DNA of 63,989 nucleotides, the filler included, from Myxococcota bacterium (GTDB taxonomy: Bacteria > Myxococcota > Myxococcia > Myxococcales > Myxococcaceae): NCBI GenBank assembly GCA_049322255.1. It is 4 parts of 4 records of this genome, joined end to end, with 100 filler letters (N's around TTAATTAATTAA, not from the genome) between each part and the next. Parts side by side here need not be neighbours in the genome. Positions count along the whole stretch, not along the records: positions 30,282 to 59,496 come from JBMORE010000043.1; 3 more parts are not named here. One strand, 5' to 3'. Made by a program: the position numbers and the translations under genes. Within the stretch, counting starts at the first letter, position 1. Each line of letters opens with the position of its first letter. Of this stretch, positions 37,855 through 47,782 are shown in pieces. The notes beneath the pieces are model-generated. The model was not told the DNA's origin, did no database searches, and worked only from the letters and a program-made list of their open reading frames with translations.

Positions 37855-38312
37855 GTAGGACCCTTCACTCCAGCAGGGCTCGAGAGGCGCAGGAGCGCCT
37901 TGAGGCTGAGCAAGAGCTTGAGCCGATCGGGAGGGCCGCACACCCCCACCACGAAGGGGTCGACCGCCCCGGTCGCCAGCGCCGGAGCCGGCTTGATGTC
38001 GCTCGGGCGAAGCCGCACCACGTCGGAGACACCGTCGACCAGTACCCCCACTCGCCGCCGGCCGACCCAACACACCATGAGCTTGGGCTTGAGCTTCGGG
38101 GGAGGCGCGCCCGCCTCCAGCTGCCGGCGCAGGTCGACCACCGGGAGGATGACCCCCCGCAAGTTGACCACGCCCTCCACCACGGGGGGCGCACGCGGCA
38201 CCGGCGTCACCGGAGGTGGCTGGAGAATCTCCTCGATGCGCATGATGTCGAGCGCGTACTCCTGCGCACCGACGTAGAAGCTACACAGCTGTACGGTCGC
38301 CTCGGCGCTCAC
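37851..38312 (-). CDS. cheW: CheW adaptor
   Basis: TPVPRAP..VEGVVNLRG.ILPVVDLR, GVLVDGV. Confidence 0.9.
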   Translation of the reverse strand: MSAEATVQLCSFYVGAQEYALDIMRIEEILQPPPVTPVPRAPPVVEGVVNLRGVILPVVDLRRQLEAGAPPPKLKPKLMVCWVGRRRVGVLVDGVSDVVRLRPSDIKPAPALATGAVDPFVVGVCGPPDRLKLLLSLKALLRLSSPAGVKGPT

Positions 38313-38876
38313 CTAGAGCACCTCCGCGAGGTCGAGGAGGATGTACAGCGCTTCTTTGTGCCGCCCTAAGCCCACCACCCCGTCGCGCTCCCGACCCACC
38401 CCGGGCGGCCGCGGCTCGATCATCGAGGGGCGAAGCCTGACCACCTCGCGCACCGCGTCGACCAAGAGCGCGGCGTCTCCCTCTTCGCCGTGCACCACCA
38501 TCACCCGGGCGGTGCGAGGCAGCCTCACGCGCTCCGGGGCGGGCCCGGCAATCTTGGGCGGTGCGCTCGCCAGCCCCAGCCGCACCTTCACGTCGTGCAC
38601 CGGAATCAGCTCGCCGCGCAGGCTCATCAGCCCGAGCAGGTGGGGTTCCGCCCGCGGCAGCTCGGTGAGCGGTGGAACCTTGAGAATCTCCCGCACCTCG
38701 CGAATGGGCACCGCGTAACGCTCGGCCTCGAGATCGAAGGCGATGAACTCCTCGAGCGCCTCCTCTTCGATGGGCAAAGGAAGCTCCTCGGGCCCGACGG
38801 GCACGTCGAACAGACCCACCAGCTCTTCGTCGGGCCGGTAGAAGAAGTCTTCGAGGAGGGCGGCGAAGCGCGACAT
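38313..38876 (-). CDS. cheW: CheW adaptor (second)
   Basis: TELPRA...LGLMSLRGELIPV, ALLVDAV. Confidence 0.88.
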   Translation of the reverse strand: MSRFAALLEDFFYRPDEELVGLFDVPVGPEELPLPIEEEALEEFIAFDLEAERYAVPIREVREILKVPPLTELPRAEPHLLGLMSLRGELIPVHDVKVRLGLASAPPKIAGPAPERVRLPRTARVMVVHGEEGDAALLVDAVREVVRLRPSMIEPRPPGVGRERDGVVGLGRHKEALYILLDLAEVL

Positions 38877-38895
38877 TCGAAAGCCGCGCCTCACC

Positions 38896-40965
38896 CTACC
38901 CGAGGGCTTTGCCTTGGGCCATGCCTTGCTTCTCCATCAACCCGGCGACGTCGAGCACGAGCACGGTCTTGCGGTTTCCCAAGTCGGTGGCGCCGGCGAT
39001 GCCCGCCAGGTGACGCAACCGGCCCGGCAGCGGCTTGACCACCACGTCCTGCTGGCCGACCAGCTCGTCGACCGCCAGGCCCAGCCGCTCCTGGGCCAGG
39101 CCGACCACCACCACGTAGTGCCTCGCGCGAGGCTGCTCGGGCAGGCGGAAGAGCCGACAGAGGCGGGTGAAGGGCAGCGTCTGTCCCCGCAAGGACACCA
39201 CCTCGCGGCGCTCGACGGTGCGAATCTGTGCGTCCTCCACCGCGATGATCTCCAACACGCTGTTGAGCGGCACCGCGTAGGTGCGCTCGCTCGCCGACAC
39301 CACCAGGGCGCGGATGATCGCCAAGGTCACCGGCAGGGTGAGGGTGAAGGTGGTGCCTTGCCCCGCCTGGCTGGTGACGTCAATCAACCCCGACATCTGG
39401 GCGAGGTTGGTCTTCACCACGTCCAGCCCGACCCCGCGACCGGAAAGCTCGGAGACGCTCCGCGCGGTGGAGAACCCGGGGAGGAAGACGAGGTGGAAGA
39501 GATCGCGGCGGCCCAGCTGGTGCGCCTGCTCGCGGGTGAGCAAGCTCCGTGAGATCGCCACCTCGCGAATGCGCTCCTCGTCCAGCCCTGCGCCGTCGTC
39601 GCTCACCTCGATCACCACGTGGTTGCCACGCTGCGCGGCACGAAGCGCCACCGTGCCTCGCCGAGGCTTGCCTTTCTCCGCGCGTGCCTGGGGCGTTTCG
39701 ATGCCATGATCGATCGCGTTGCGAATGAGGTGCATCAACGGGTCAGAGAGGTCTTCGACGATGAGCTTGTCGAGCTCGACCTCTCCCCCGGCGATGGCGA
39801 AGTCGATTTCCTTGCCCATCTCCCGCGCGACGCGCCGTACCAGCCGGGCCAGCTTGTCGAACACGTGGCCGAGCGGCACCATCCGCACTTCGAGAATGCC
39901 CTTCTGCAGCTCGTCGAGCTTGCGCTCGAGCAGCCGGCTCTCACGGTAGAGCTCTTGACCCCAGAGCTTGGACACCGCCAGCGCGCCCCCGCTGCGGGCG
40001 GCCTCGGCGAGCCGCTGCACGTTGGCTTTGATGAGCAGGAGCTCGCCCACCGAATTCATCAGCGCGTCGAGCCGGCCGATGTCCACCCGCACCGTCTGGG
40101 TGAGAGAGCGCAAAGACGATTCGGCTTCCGCGCGGGAAGGAGGCTCGAGCGGTGCGGGCAAGACCGCGACGGCGGGAGCGGCTTCGATACGGGCACGCCG
40201 TTTCTTCCTGCCCTCCGGCTTCGCCTCCAGAGGGATCACCGCCGCGGGCAACCCCTGGAGGGCCGAGGCAATCTCCTTCGCGTTCTTCGCGCTACCGAAA
40301 ATGAGGTCGAAGGCAATGCTCGAAGCGTCACCCGGTTCGCTGGAAGGCAAGGTGCTGATCACTTCTCCCAGCGGCTTGAGAGCGGCGTTGAGGCGCGCGA
40401 GTCTTTGATCGAAGTCGGAGAGGTCGAAGGCCGCGCGAACCTTCCACACGGCGACGCCCCTCTTCACGTTCTCGCGCAGCCGGTGCTCTTCGTACTCGGT
40501 GAAGACCGCGCGGACACGCGGGTCGAGGGCGAGCCTGTCGAGCGGGTCATCCGCAGTGGGCAAGGGGAGAGTGCCCATCGTCTCCAGCCGCTGAGCCAAC
40601 GCCGAGGCTTTCCCCCCGCTGGCCTCGGAGCGCTTGCCTCCCACGGCCTCGGCCACCAGCGCTTGCAAGACGTCGAGCGCGTCGATCAGCGCGTCGACCA
40701 CCTCGCCGGAGAGCTGAAGCTTCCCCAGGCGCAGGCGGTCGAGCAGATCTTCGGTGCGGTGGGCGAGATGGGCGATGTGATCGTGGCCGAACATGCCCGC
40801 CAGCCCTTTGAGCGAATGCGCGGCGCGGAAGATGCCGTTGACGAGGTCGGGATCGACCTGCTTTCCACGCCGCTCGTCGAGCTCGAAGAGATCACGCCCC
40901 AGGTGGTCGAGGATTTCGGTGGCCTCGGCGACGAAGTCGTCGTGGCCGCGGCCGCCCAAGCTCAC
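38896..40965 (-). CDS. cheA: Chemotaxis histidine kinase
   Basis: FRAAHSLKG, VRVD, HLIRNAIDHGIE, DDGAG, GRGVGLDVV, C-terminal CheW domain. Confidence 0.95.
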   Translation of the reverse strand: MSLGGRGHDDFVAEATEILDHLGRDLFELDERRGKQVDPDLVNGIFRAAHSLKGLAGMFGHDHIAHLAHRTEDLLDRLRLGKLQLSGEVVDALIDALDVLQALVAEAVGGKRSEASGGKASALAQRLETMGTLPLPTADDPLDRLALDPRVRAVFTEYEEHRLRENVKRGVAVWKVRAAFDLSDFDQRLARLNAALKPLGEVISTLPSSEPGDASSIAFDLIFGSAKNAKEIASALQGLPAAVIPLEAKPEGRKKRRARIEAAPAVAVLPAPLEPPSRAEAESSLRSLTQTVRVDIGRLDALMNSVGELLLIKANVQRLAEAARSGGALAVSKLWGQELYRESRLLERKLDELQKGILEVRMVPLGHVFDKLARLVRRVAREMGKEIDFAIAGGEVELDKLIVEDLSDPLMHLIRNAIDHGIETPQARAEKGKPRRGTVALRAAQRGNHVVIEVSDDGAGLDEERIREVAISRSLLTREQAHQLGRRDLFHLVFLPGFSTARSVSELSGRGVGLDVVKTNLAQMSGLIDVTSQAGQGTTFTLTLPVTLAIIRALVVSASERTYAVPLNSVLEIIAVEDAQIRTVERREVVSLRGQTLPFTRLCRLFRLPEQPRARHYVVVVGLAQERLGLAVDELVGQQDVVVKPLPGRLRHLAGIAGATDLGNRKTVLVLDVAGLMEKQGMAQGKALG

Positions 40966-41336
40966 GCGAGCCTGAGGTAGCGACGCAGGAGCCCCTCCAG
41001 GCTCTGCGGCTGGAAGGGTTTGATGAGGTACTCCGCGGCGCCCAGCGCCAGGCCCTTGGCGCGATCTTGCTCGCGGCCCTCGGTGGTGATGACGAACAGC
41101 GGCGTGTCCTTGTAGTTGGGGTTCTTCTTCACGAAGTTGATGAGCTCGAGCCCGTTGATGTCCGGCATGTTGATGTCGGTGATGATGAGGTCGAAGCGGT
41201 GGCGGGGAAGAATCTTCAGCGCCTCGAAGCCGCTGCCGGCGGTGACCGCCTCGATGCCGGCAATGGACTCCACCGTCGCGGCGATGAGCTCCCGCGAGGC
41301 CTTCGAGTCTTCGACGATCAGCACCTTGAAGCCCAT
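40962..41336 (-). CDS. cheY: CheY-like response regulator
   Basis: IVEDS, ITDINMP, ITT, YLIKP. Confidence 0.88.
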   Translation of the reverse strand: MGFKVLIVEDSKASRELIAATVESIAGIEAVTAGSGFEALKILPRHRFDLIITDINMPDINGLELINFVKKNPNYKDTPLFVITTEGREQDRAKGLALGAAEYLIKPFQPQSLEGLLRRYLRLA

Positions 41337-41432
41337 GCGACCGGGCGAAACGCTAACACGCTTCAGCGCCCGCGCTCGACCAGGGCCTCCAGGTTGCGTC
41401 GGCGAGGGGCATGAGGATGAGGGCACCCATGC

Positions 41433-41933
41433 TCACCGGCCTTGAGCCCCAGCGACTTTGGGTAAGCGCATCCGCAGCGGTTTTTCGGCGAGCAACGCCA
41501 CCCGAGCGCCTTTGAACTCGGGGCGGAACCGCTGTGAGAAGGCCTCAGCCCTCACCGCATCGTCGAGCCTGCCCTCGCCGGGAAGCTCGAGCGCCACCCC
41601 CTGCACGTTCGCCTTGTTCAACATTCGTGCGGCGCCGGCGAGCGCTTCGCCCAGTGCTTCGACCGAGAGGGAGGCGGCCTTGCCCAACCCCACCGCGAAC
41701 ACCCGCCCCATGGCCACCCGGCCGTCGGTGGGTAAAAGCAGCCGATCTCCTTGCGCCCCGGTGAAGAAGCGCTGGCGCAGCACCCGGGAGAGGCCTCCGC
41801 ACAGCCGCCAATCGAAAAAACCGGCGATGCCCGACAGCGGCCGCTCGTCTTCGCCGATGAACAGGCACAGGCTGTCCACCTCGGTCAGCGTGTCGAGGGT
41901 CTCGAGGCTGATGTCGTGGGTGGAGACGTTCAC
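41433..41933 (-). CDS. Stand-alone M17 leucyl aminopeptidase N-terminal-domain protein
   Basis: DERPL.G..G..DWRL.G.LS...F.G..G..LL, VGLG; no catalytic domain. Confidence 0.6.
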   Translation of the reverse strand: MNVSTHDISLETLDTLTEVDSLCLFIGEDERPLSGIAGFFDWRLCGGLSRVLRQRFFTGAQGDRLLLPTDGRVAMGRVFAVGLGKAASLSVEALGEALAGAARMLNKANVQGVALELPGEGRLDDAVRAEAFSQRFRPEFKGARVALLAEKPLRMRLPKVAGAQGR

Positions 41934-42358
41934 TCTTTGCCTACCGCGGTCGCCACGCGGTCCAACAGACCGTTGATGAAGGCCGACGACTCTTCGCTGC
42001 CGAAGACTTTACCCAGCTCCACCGCTTCGTTGAGGGTGACCTTCTTGGGAATGTCCTCGCGGTGGCGAAGCTCGAAGATGCCCAGGCGGAGCACGTTGCG
42101 GTCGATGCGTGACATGCGGTCGAGGCGCCAGTGGTGGCTGTGCTCCTCGATGAGGCGGTCGATTTCGTCCAGATGCGCGCGCACCCCGCGAACCAGCTCC
42201 AGGGCGAAGGCGTGCGCCTCTTCGTCGCGGGGGCCCTCCTCGGCCGAGGCCGACCAGGCGGACTCCAGCGCCTCCTCGGGGGTGAGAGTGGTGGTCCCCA
42301 TGTCCAGCTGGTAGAGCGCCTGCAGCGCGCGCTCCCTCGCCCGGCGACGCGCGCCCAT
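41930..42358 (-). CDS. nusB: Transcription antitermination factor NusB
   Basis: RRRARERALQALY, W.LDRM..IDRNVLR, EAVELGK.FG, FINGLLD. Confidence 0.95.
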   Translation of the reverse strand: MGARRRARERALQALYQLDMGTTTLTPEEALESAWSASAEEGPRDEEAHAFALELVRGVRAHLDEIDRLIEEHSHHWRLDRMSRIDRNVLRLGIFELRHREDIPKKVTLNEAVELGKVFGSEESSAFINGLLDRVATAVGKE

Positions 42359-42393
42359 CTACCGACCACCCTCCAGCGGCTGGAGCGGGACGT

Positions 42394-42888
42394 TCATGGC
42401 TTGGGCCTTCGCCGGAGCGACGTTTTCAACCGCGCGTGGAGGTTGACCATCTCCAGGCAGGCCACCGCGGCCTCGACGCCCTTGTTGCCGGCCTTCACTC
42501 CCGCGCGGTCGATCGCCTGCTCTACCGTGTCACAGGTGAGCACCCCGAAGGTGACGGCGCACGACGCGGCGAACGCCGCCGAGCCGATGCCCTTGGCGAC
42601 CTCCGAGGAGACGTACTCGAAGTGCGGGGTGCCGCCGCGAATGACACAACCGAGGGCGACGATGCCGGCGTACTCGCCGCCGTCGGCGAGCTTCTTGACC
42701 AGCCCGGGCAGCTCGAAGGTGCCCGGCACCCGGTAGACGTCCACGTCGGCGTCGGCGACCCCGTGGCGGGCGAGCGCATCGACCGCTCCTTCGAGGAGCT
42801 TCTCGGTGATGAAGGAGTTGAAGCGCGCCACGCAGAGGGCGAAGCGGCCCTGGGGGGCGGTGAGGTTTCCTTCGATGAAACGAGGCAT
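42394..42888 (-). CDS. ribH: 6,7-dimethyl-8-ribityllumazine synthase
   Basis: [29 protein letters not shown]. Confidence 0.95.
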   Translation of the reverse strand: MPRFIEGNLTAPQGRFALCVARFNSFITEKLLEGAVDALARHGVADADVDVYRVPGTFELPGLVKKLADGGEYAGIVALGCVIRGGTPHFEYVSSEVAKGIGSAAFAASCAVTFGVLTCDTVEQAIDRAGVKAGNKGVEAAVACLEMVNLHARLKTSLRRRPKP

Positions 42889-42903
42889 GACCGGTTTGCC
42901 AAT

Positions 42904-44088
42904 TTAGCGCGCGGCTCGGCGCTTGGGAGGTTTTGGACGAGCGCGGGCTGCTACACGGGTGTTGCTGGCGGTGAGCGGCACCTGCTCCACCACCTCGAGC
43001 GCGTAGCTTTCGAGGCCGACGATCTTCTTGGGGTTGTTGGTGAGCAGGCGAAGGCGTGACAGGCCCAGATCCTTGAGAATCTGCGCGCCCACGCCGAACT
43101 CGCGCAGGCGAGTCTGATCTTTGTGGCCGGGGACGACGTCTTCGTTCGAGCTGTGGGTGCACTTGAGCCGATCACGCGCGCTCTGGGCCTTCTGAAGGTA
43201 GACGACGACACCGCGCCCTTCCGCGGCGATGCGCTTGAACGCCTGCGCGAGCTGGCCGCCGCAGTCACACGCGTTGGACCCGAGGAGGTCACCTGCCAGG
43301 CAGGCGCGATGAACGCGGGTGAGCATCGGAGCGCCGGACAGCTCACCCTTGACGAGCGCCACGTGCACCGCGTCATCGACCTCGCTCTTGTAGGCGTAGG
43401 CGGCAAACTCGCCCTCGCCGGTGCGCACCAGCCGGCTGGTGGCGACGCGGCGGACCAGACGCTCGCGGGCCAGCCGGTAGCGAATGAGGTCGGCAACCGA
43501 GAGCAGCACCAGGCGGTGCTTTCGCGCGAAGTTTTGCAGTTGCGGGCGGCGCGCCATGGTGCCGTCCGGGTTCATCACCTCGCAGATGACCCCCGCTGGA
43601 TAGAGACCGGCGAGGCGTGCGAGGTCGACCGAGCCTTCGGTTTGGCCGGTGCGCACGAGCACGCCGCCATCCCGGGCGCGCAAGGGGAAGACATGACCAG
43701 GGCGGGACAAGTCCGCTGGCTTGGCGTGGGGAGCTACCGCTGTGAGCACCGTCCTTGCTCGGTCGGCGGCGGAGATCCCCGTGGAGACGCCCCTCGCCGC
43801 CTCAATCGAGACGGTGAAGGCCGTCTGATAAGGCGAGGTGTTGTCCTGCACCATCAACGGCAAATGGAGCTGCCGAATACGATCCTCGGTGAGCGACAGA
43901 CAGATGAGACCCCGTCCGTGGGTAGCCATGAAGTTGATCGCCTGGGGGGTGACCTTGGTGGCAGCCATCACCAGATCGCCTTCGTTCTCCCGATCTTCGT
44001 CATCGGTGAGAACGACCATGCGCCCCTTGCGGATCTCGGCCAGAGCCTTCTCCACCAGGGCGATGCTCGCTTCGTTGGTGCGGGTCAT
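42904..44088 (-). CDS. ribB: DHBP synthase fused to a degenerate GTP cyclohydrolase II domain (RibBX-like)
   Basis: [34 protein letters not shown]; RibA-like half keeps C...CDC but lacks QEGRGIG. Confidence 0.88.
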   Translation of the reverse strand: MTRTNEASIALVEKALAEIRKGRMVVLTDDEDRENEGDLVMAATKVTPQAINFMATHGRGLICLSLTEDRIRQLHLPLMVQDNTSPYQTAFTVSIEAARGVSTGISAADRARTVLTAVAPHAKPADLSRPGHVFPLRARDGGVLVRTGQTEGSVDLARLAGLYPAGVICEVMNPDGTMARRPQLQNFARKHRLVLLSVADLIRYRLARERLVRRVATSRLVRTGEGEFAAYAYKSEVDDAVHVALVKGELSGAPMLTRVHRACLAGDLLGSNACDCGGQLAQAFKRIAAEGRGVVVYLQKAQSARDRLKCTHSSNEDVVPGHKDQTRLREFGVGAQILKDLGLSRLRLLTNNPKKIVGLESYALEVVEQVPLTASNTRVAARARPKPPKRRAAR

Positions 44089-44687
44089 GGAATGGTCATA
44101 GCCTTTAGCCCGTAGAGGTGGGCGACATACTTGCCGATGACGTCGGCTTCGAGGTTGACCTCGTCGCCCACCTGCTTGGCAGCGAGGGTGGTTCGCTCCT
44201 GTGTTTCGGGGATGAGCATCACTCCGAAGCGGTCGGCGGCGAGGGAGGTGACGGTCAAGCTGACGCCGTCGATGGTCACCGACCCCTTCTCGATGAAGAA
44301 CGCCGCCAGCTCTTTGGGCAACGAGAACGCGAGGACCAGCGAGCCACCCTCCGTTCGGCGCTCCAACAAGCGCGCCACCGCATCGACATGGCCGAGCACC
44401 AGGTGCCCGCCCAGGCGATCGCCCACCCGGAGGGCGCGTTCGAGATTCACCCTCGTTCCCGGGCGCCACGTGCCCAAGGTCGAACGCCCAAGCGTCTCGG
44501 GAGCAGCCTGCACTTTGAAGGTCTGCGCGGACTTCTCGACGACCGTCAGACACACCCCGTCACAAGCGATCGACTCACCCACGGCGAAGTCGGTCACCGG
44601 CAGCGACGTCTTTAGCCACAGGTCGGTCACCGGGCCGGCGGTCACGCGGTCGACCTGACCGACGTCTTGAATCAGCCCCGTGAACAC
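44085..44687 (-). CDS. ribE: Riboflavin synthase
   Basis: MFTG start, GVCLTV, NLER, GGHLVLGHVD, KGSVTIDGVSLT. Confidence 0.95.
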   Translation of the reverse strand: MFTGLIQDVGQVDRVTAGPVTDLWLKTSLPVTDFAVGESIACDGVCLTVVEKSAQTFKVQAAPETLGRSTLGTWRPGTRVNLERALRVGDRLGGHLVLGHVDAVARLLERRTEGGSLVLAFSLPKELAAFFIEKGSVTIDGVSLTVTSLAADRFGVMLIPETQERTTLAAKQVGDEVNLEADVIGKYVAHLYGLKAMTIP

Positions 44688-44699
44688 GACGAGCCTCCC

Positions 44700-45242
44700 T
44701 CAATCATCGCGCGTCCGAGCCTGGTGCTTGAGCAGTGCGCGGACGATCTCCGCTTCCACCGAAGCAGCAGCGTTGATCGCCTGGAGCCGGAGCGCGTTTG
44801 CCCAGGCCTGGGCGTTGAACAGCTCGTCGGCGAAGGCGGGGGTCACCGAGGAGACGCCGTGGAAGTCGACGATCACCCTGTTCCCCATGGGGCAGTCGTC
44901 CAAGAGCTTCCTGGCCTCGGCTCGGGTGGAGAAGTGGCTCGCAACCGGAAAGAGCTCGACGTACGAGGTCGCGCGTAGCTCCGAGACGAGCTCTTTCCAA
45001 AACACGCTGGCCGGGGAAGAACCCGACGCCACGCCTCGGAGCTGGCCCTCCTGGTTGACCCGCTGGTACCGGGCCGAGCGGCCTTGTCCAACCACCTCTA
45101 GCTCGCCGCGCTCCACCATCAGGCGAAGCTGTTTGTGGACAGCCTGCCGCGAAACCTTCAGCTCGGTAGCGACCTGGCGATTGCCGAACGGTCCACGTCG
45201 CGCAAGCCGCTCCACCACACTCTTCACATCGGACCCGCCCAT
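44700..45242 (-). CDS. Winged HTH + STAS-like (DUF4325-type) protein
   Basis: VATELKVSRQAVHKQLRLMVERGEL...GRSARY; TRAEARKLL...VIVDFHGVSSVTPAFADELF; GAGGAGG RBS. Confidence 0.7.
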   Translation of the reverse strand: MGGSDVKSVVERLARRGPFGNRQVATELKVSRQAVHKQLRLMVERGELEVVGQGRSARYQRVNQEGQLRGVASGSSPASVFWKELVSELRATSYVELFPVASHFSTRAEARKLLDDCPMGNRVIVDFHGVSSVTPAFADELFNAQAWANALRLQAINAAASVEAEIVRALLKHQARTRDD

Positions 45243-45267
45243 GGGGTCCTCCTCGCAGGGGTCGGCC

Positions 45268-45363
45268 TTATCGTCAACCCCTGCGTCAACCTAATCGTCA
45301 ACCGCCTCAGAGGAGAAATCCTAATCGTCAACCTATTCGTCAACCCTTCGGAGTTGACGAATA
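45268..45363. promoter_or_regulatory. Array of CGTCAACC repeats (12-bp period) plus a perfect 11-bp inverted repeat
   Basis: CGTCAACC at 45272, 45284, 45296, 45326, 45338; TATTCGTCAAC-CCTTCGGA-GTTGACGAATA at 45334-45363. Confidence 0.65.
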
Positions 45364-45521
45364 TCGGGACCCCGACAAGGGGAGGAGGCCCGGGTCGTAG
45401 CGCTGGTGGGCACCGGCGTTGCGCTCGAACGCTGACCCCACTCGTTTCCCTCATGCCAGATCCACTCCGTGGCGGCTCGGCAGCGGCGACAGCAACCATC
45501 ACGGCGCAAGCGTCGATCCAC

Positions 45522-46034
45522 TCAGCGCCGGGCGCGGCGTAAGGGGCGAGTCGGCTTCATCGACGTCCGGGTGAGAAATTCGGCGATGCGGCTGTCTGCC
45601 TTCCGCAAGCGGCGTGAAAGCATGCGGCAAATGTTCTGCAACACCAGCACGTACGCGTAGTTGTCCTCTTTGTAGAGGTAATACAAGTCGGGGTTGGTGA
45701 GGGTGAAGGTGCGAGCCTTCTTCGACACGCGCACGGTGGCAGAGCGCGGCTGCAGCTCGACCAGCGCCATCTCGCCGAAGACCTCTCCTGGCCCCAGCTT
45801 GACGATGGGAACCAGTGTCCCCTCGGCGGAAGAGCGCAAAACCTCCACCTCGCCCTCGGCGAGCACGTACATCGTTCGCCCGAGCTCGCCTTCCTTGAAA
45901 ATGGTGCTCCCGGTGCTGAAGGTGTCCTCACCGAGAATGGAGATCACGCTGTCCAGCCGCCGTCCCTCCAGACCGCCGAAGATCGGCACCCCCCGAAGGA
46001 ACTGCCTCAAGCTCTGGTTGTCGTCACGCGCCAT
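45522..46034 (-). CDS. Stand-alone cyclic-nucleotide-binding domain protein
   Basis: IFKEGE...MYVL.EGEVEV, GEVFGEMAL...PRSATV; no HTH. Confidence 0.85.
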   Translation of the reverse strand: MARDDNQSLRQFLRGVPIFGGLEGRRLDSVISILGEDTFSTGSTIFKEGELGRTMYVLAEGEVEVLRSSAEGTLVPIVKLGPGEVFGEMALVELQPRSATVRVSKKARTFTLTNPDLYYLYKEDNYAYVLVLQNICRMLSRRLRKADSRIAEFLTRTSMKPTRPLRRARR

Positions 46035-46086
46035 GAGCGGGAAAAGACCAAGCCCAGTGGGTAACGGCAATGGATTTGTGCTCTTG

Positions 46087-46120
46087 CCCCTCACCCCAAC
46101 CCTCTCCCAGAAGGAGAGGG
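46087..46120 (+). repeat. REP-like hairpin containing the ribD stop
   Basis: CCCCTCACCCCAACCCTCTCCCAGAAGGAGAGGG. Confidence 0.9.
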
Positions 46121-47269
46121 AGTAGCTCTGAGCAGCAGATCGTTCCCGAACCGCTCGACCTCCAGCTTCCCGACCGCGAGCGCCTTCGCCATTCGCGCCA
46201 CCCCCAGCTCGCCCGACCACGACAACCCCTCCCCGCCGATGAGCTTGGGCGCGACGAACAGGAGCAGCTCGTCGGCCAGGCGCTCGCGCAATAGGGAACC
46301 GAACACCTCCGATCCACCCTCGACGAGCACATGGAGATACCCCTCTTTGGCCAGGCGCCGCATCAACGCCCCCAGGTCGACGTGTCCGTGCCGCTCGCGC
46401 ACACGCCACACCTCCACGCCGCTGGCGGTGAAGGCCCGCGCCTTGGCCGAGCGTAGGTCGGCCAACGTCGCCACGATCGTTCGCGTCGTGCGTTGGCGGT
46501 AGACCTTTCTTTGAAGCGAAGTTCGCAGGTGCGAATCCACCACCACCCGCACCGGATCTCTCCCGCCTTCGACGCGTGCGGTGAGGCGGGGGTCGTCATG
46601 CTCCACCGTGTTCGCGCCTACCAGAACGACATCGGCCACATCGCGCAGCCTCTGGACATAGGCTCGAGCCTCCTCGCCGGTAATCCACTTCGACTCCCCG
46701 GAGGCAGTGGCAAGCTTCCCGTCGAGCGTGACCGCTGCCTTGAGTGTGACCCACGGCAGGCGGGTGCGCATGAACTTGAAGAACGGGCGGTTTTGGCGAT
46801 CGGCTTCTTGTTGCAACACTCCGCCGAGCACCTCCACCCCTGCCCGCTTCAGCCGGCGCACCCCTCGTCCGTTCACCAGCGGGTTGGGGTCAGACGAGGC
46901 GTAGACCACGCGCCGAATCCCCGCGTCGAGGATTGCCTGAGCGCAGGGCGGCGTGCGCCCGAAATGGTCGCAGGGCTCGAGCGTGGTGTAGAGATCGGCG
47001 CCCTGGGCACGGGCTCCGGCGGCCTCGATCGCCACCACCTCGGCGTGGGGAGCGCCGGCCTTTTGATGGTGGCCGCGGGAAATCACCCTCCCCGCCTTCA
47101 CCAAGATGGCGCCCACCGCGGGGTTGGGGTGCGTACGGCCCAGGCCGCGCGCGGCTTCCTCCAGCGCGATGCGCATGAAGAACTCGGCGACGGCGAGATC
47201 GAAGTCGGCGGCTCTGGCGGCGCGGGGAACCCGCCGCTCGCTCAGCCTTGCACGGGTGACCAGCCTCAC
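46091..47269 (-). CDS. ribD: Bifunctional riboflavin deaminase/reductase
   Basis: PNPAVG, HAE, TLEPC.H.GRTPPC, SKWITG, VEGG. Confidence 0.95.
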   Translation of the reverse strand: MRLVTRARLSERRVPRAARAADFDLAVAEFFMRIALEEAARGLGRTHPNPAVGAILVKAGRVISRGHHQKAGAPHAEVVAIEAAGARAQGADLYTTLEPCDHFGRTPPCAQAILDAGIRRVVYASSDPNPLVNGRGVRRLKRAGVEVLGGVLQQEADRQNRPFFKFMRTRLPWVTLKAAVTLDGKLATASGESKWITGEEARAYVQRLRDVADVVLVGANTVEHDDPRLTARVEGGRDPVRVVVDSHLRTSLQRKVYRQRTTRTIVATLADLRSAKARAFTASGVEVWRVRERHGHVDLGALMRRLAKEGYLHVLVEGGSEVFGSLLRERLADELLLFVAPKLIGGEGLSWSGELGVARMAKALAVGKLEVERFGNDLLLRATPSPSGRGLG

Positions 47270-47775
47270 ATCCGCTCCGCCTGTCCCTTGGGCTTTCCCT
47301 TGCCCGCCGGCTTGGCCTTGGCCTGGTCGTCGAGCAGGTCTTTGAGCTCGCTCATGAACTCGGCGATGTCGCGGAACGAGCGGTACACCGAGGCGAAACG
47401 CACATAGGCCACCTCGTCGAGCTCAGGGAGGCGGCGCATCACCTCCTCGCCGATGACCGTGGAGGGAACTTCCTTCTCGCCCATCTCTTGGAGCCGCCGC
47501 TCGATGCCCGTGACCACCGCCTCCAGCTGGTCGACCGAAACCGGCCGCTTTTCGCACGCCTTCTTCAAGCCGGCGAGCAACTTGTCGCGGTCGAAGGCCT
47601 CGCGCCGGCCGTCTTTTTTCACCACCAGAGGGTTGAGCTCCTCCACCCGCTCGTAGGTGGTGAAGCGCCGCTTGCACTCCAGACATTCCCGCCGCCGGCG
47701 AATCACCGCTCCTTCGTGCGACTCGCGCGAGTCGATGACCTTGTTTTCCGGGTCGCGACAAAAAGGGCAGCGCAT
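47266..47775 (-). CDS. nrdR: Transcriptional repressor NrdR
   Basis: MRCPFC...[18 protein letters not shown] cone, AYVRFASVY. Confidence 0.95.
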   Translation of the reverse strand: MRCPFCRDPENKVIDSRESHEGAVIRRRRECLECKRRFTTYERVEELNPLVVKKDGRREAFDRDKLLAGLKKACEKRPVSVDQLEAVVTGIERRLQEMGEKEVPSTVIGEEVMRRLPELDEVAYVRFASVYRSFRDIAEFMSELKDLLDDQAKAKPAGKGKPKGQAERM

Positions 47776-47782
47776 AGACGAG

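Noticed and set aside
45268..45363. CRISPR array, FMN riboswitch or repeat peptide (LTIRLT) interpretation
   Set aside because: Repeats are only 8-12 bp without spacers, no cas genes are present, no RFN motifs were recognised, and the ORF across it has no support.
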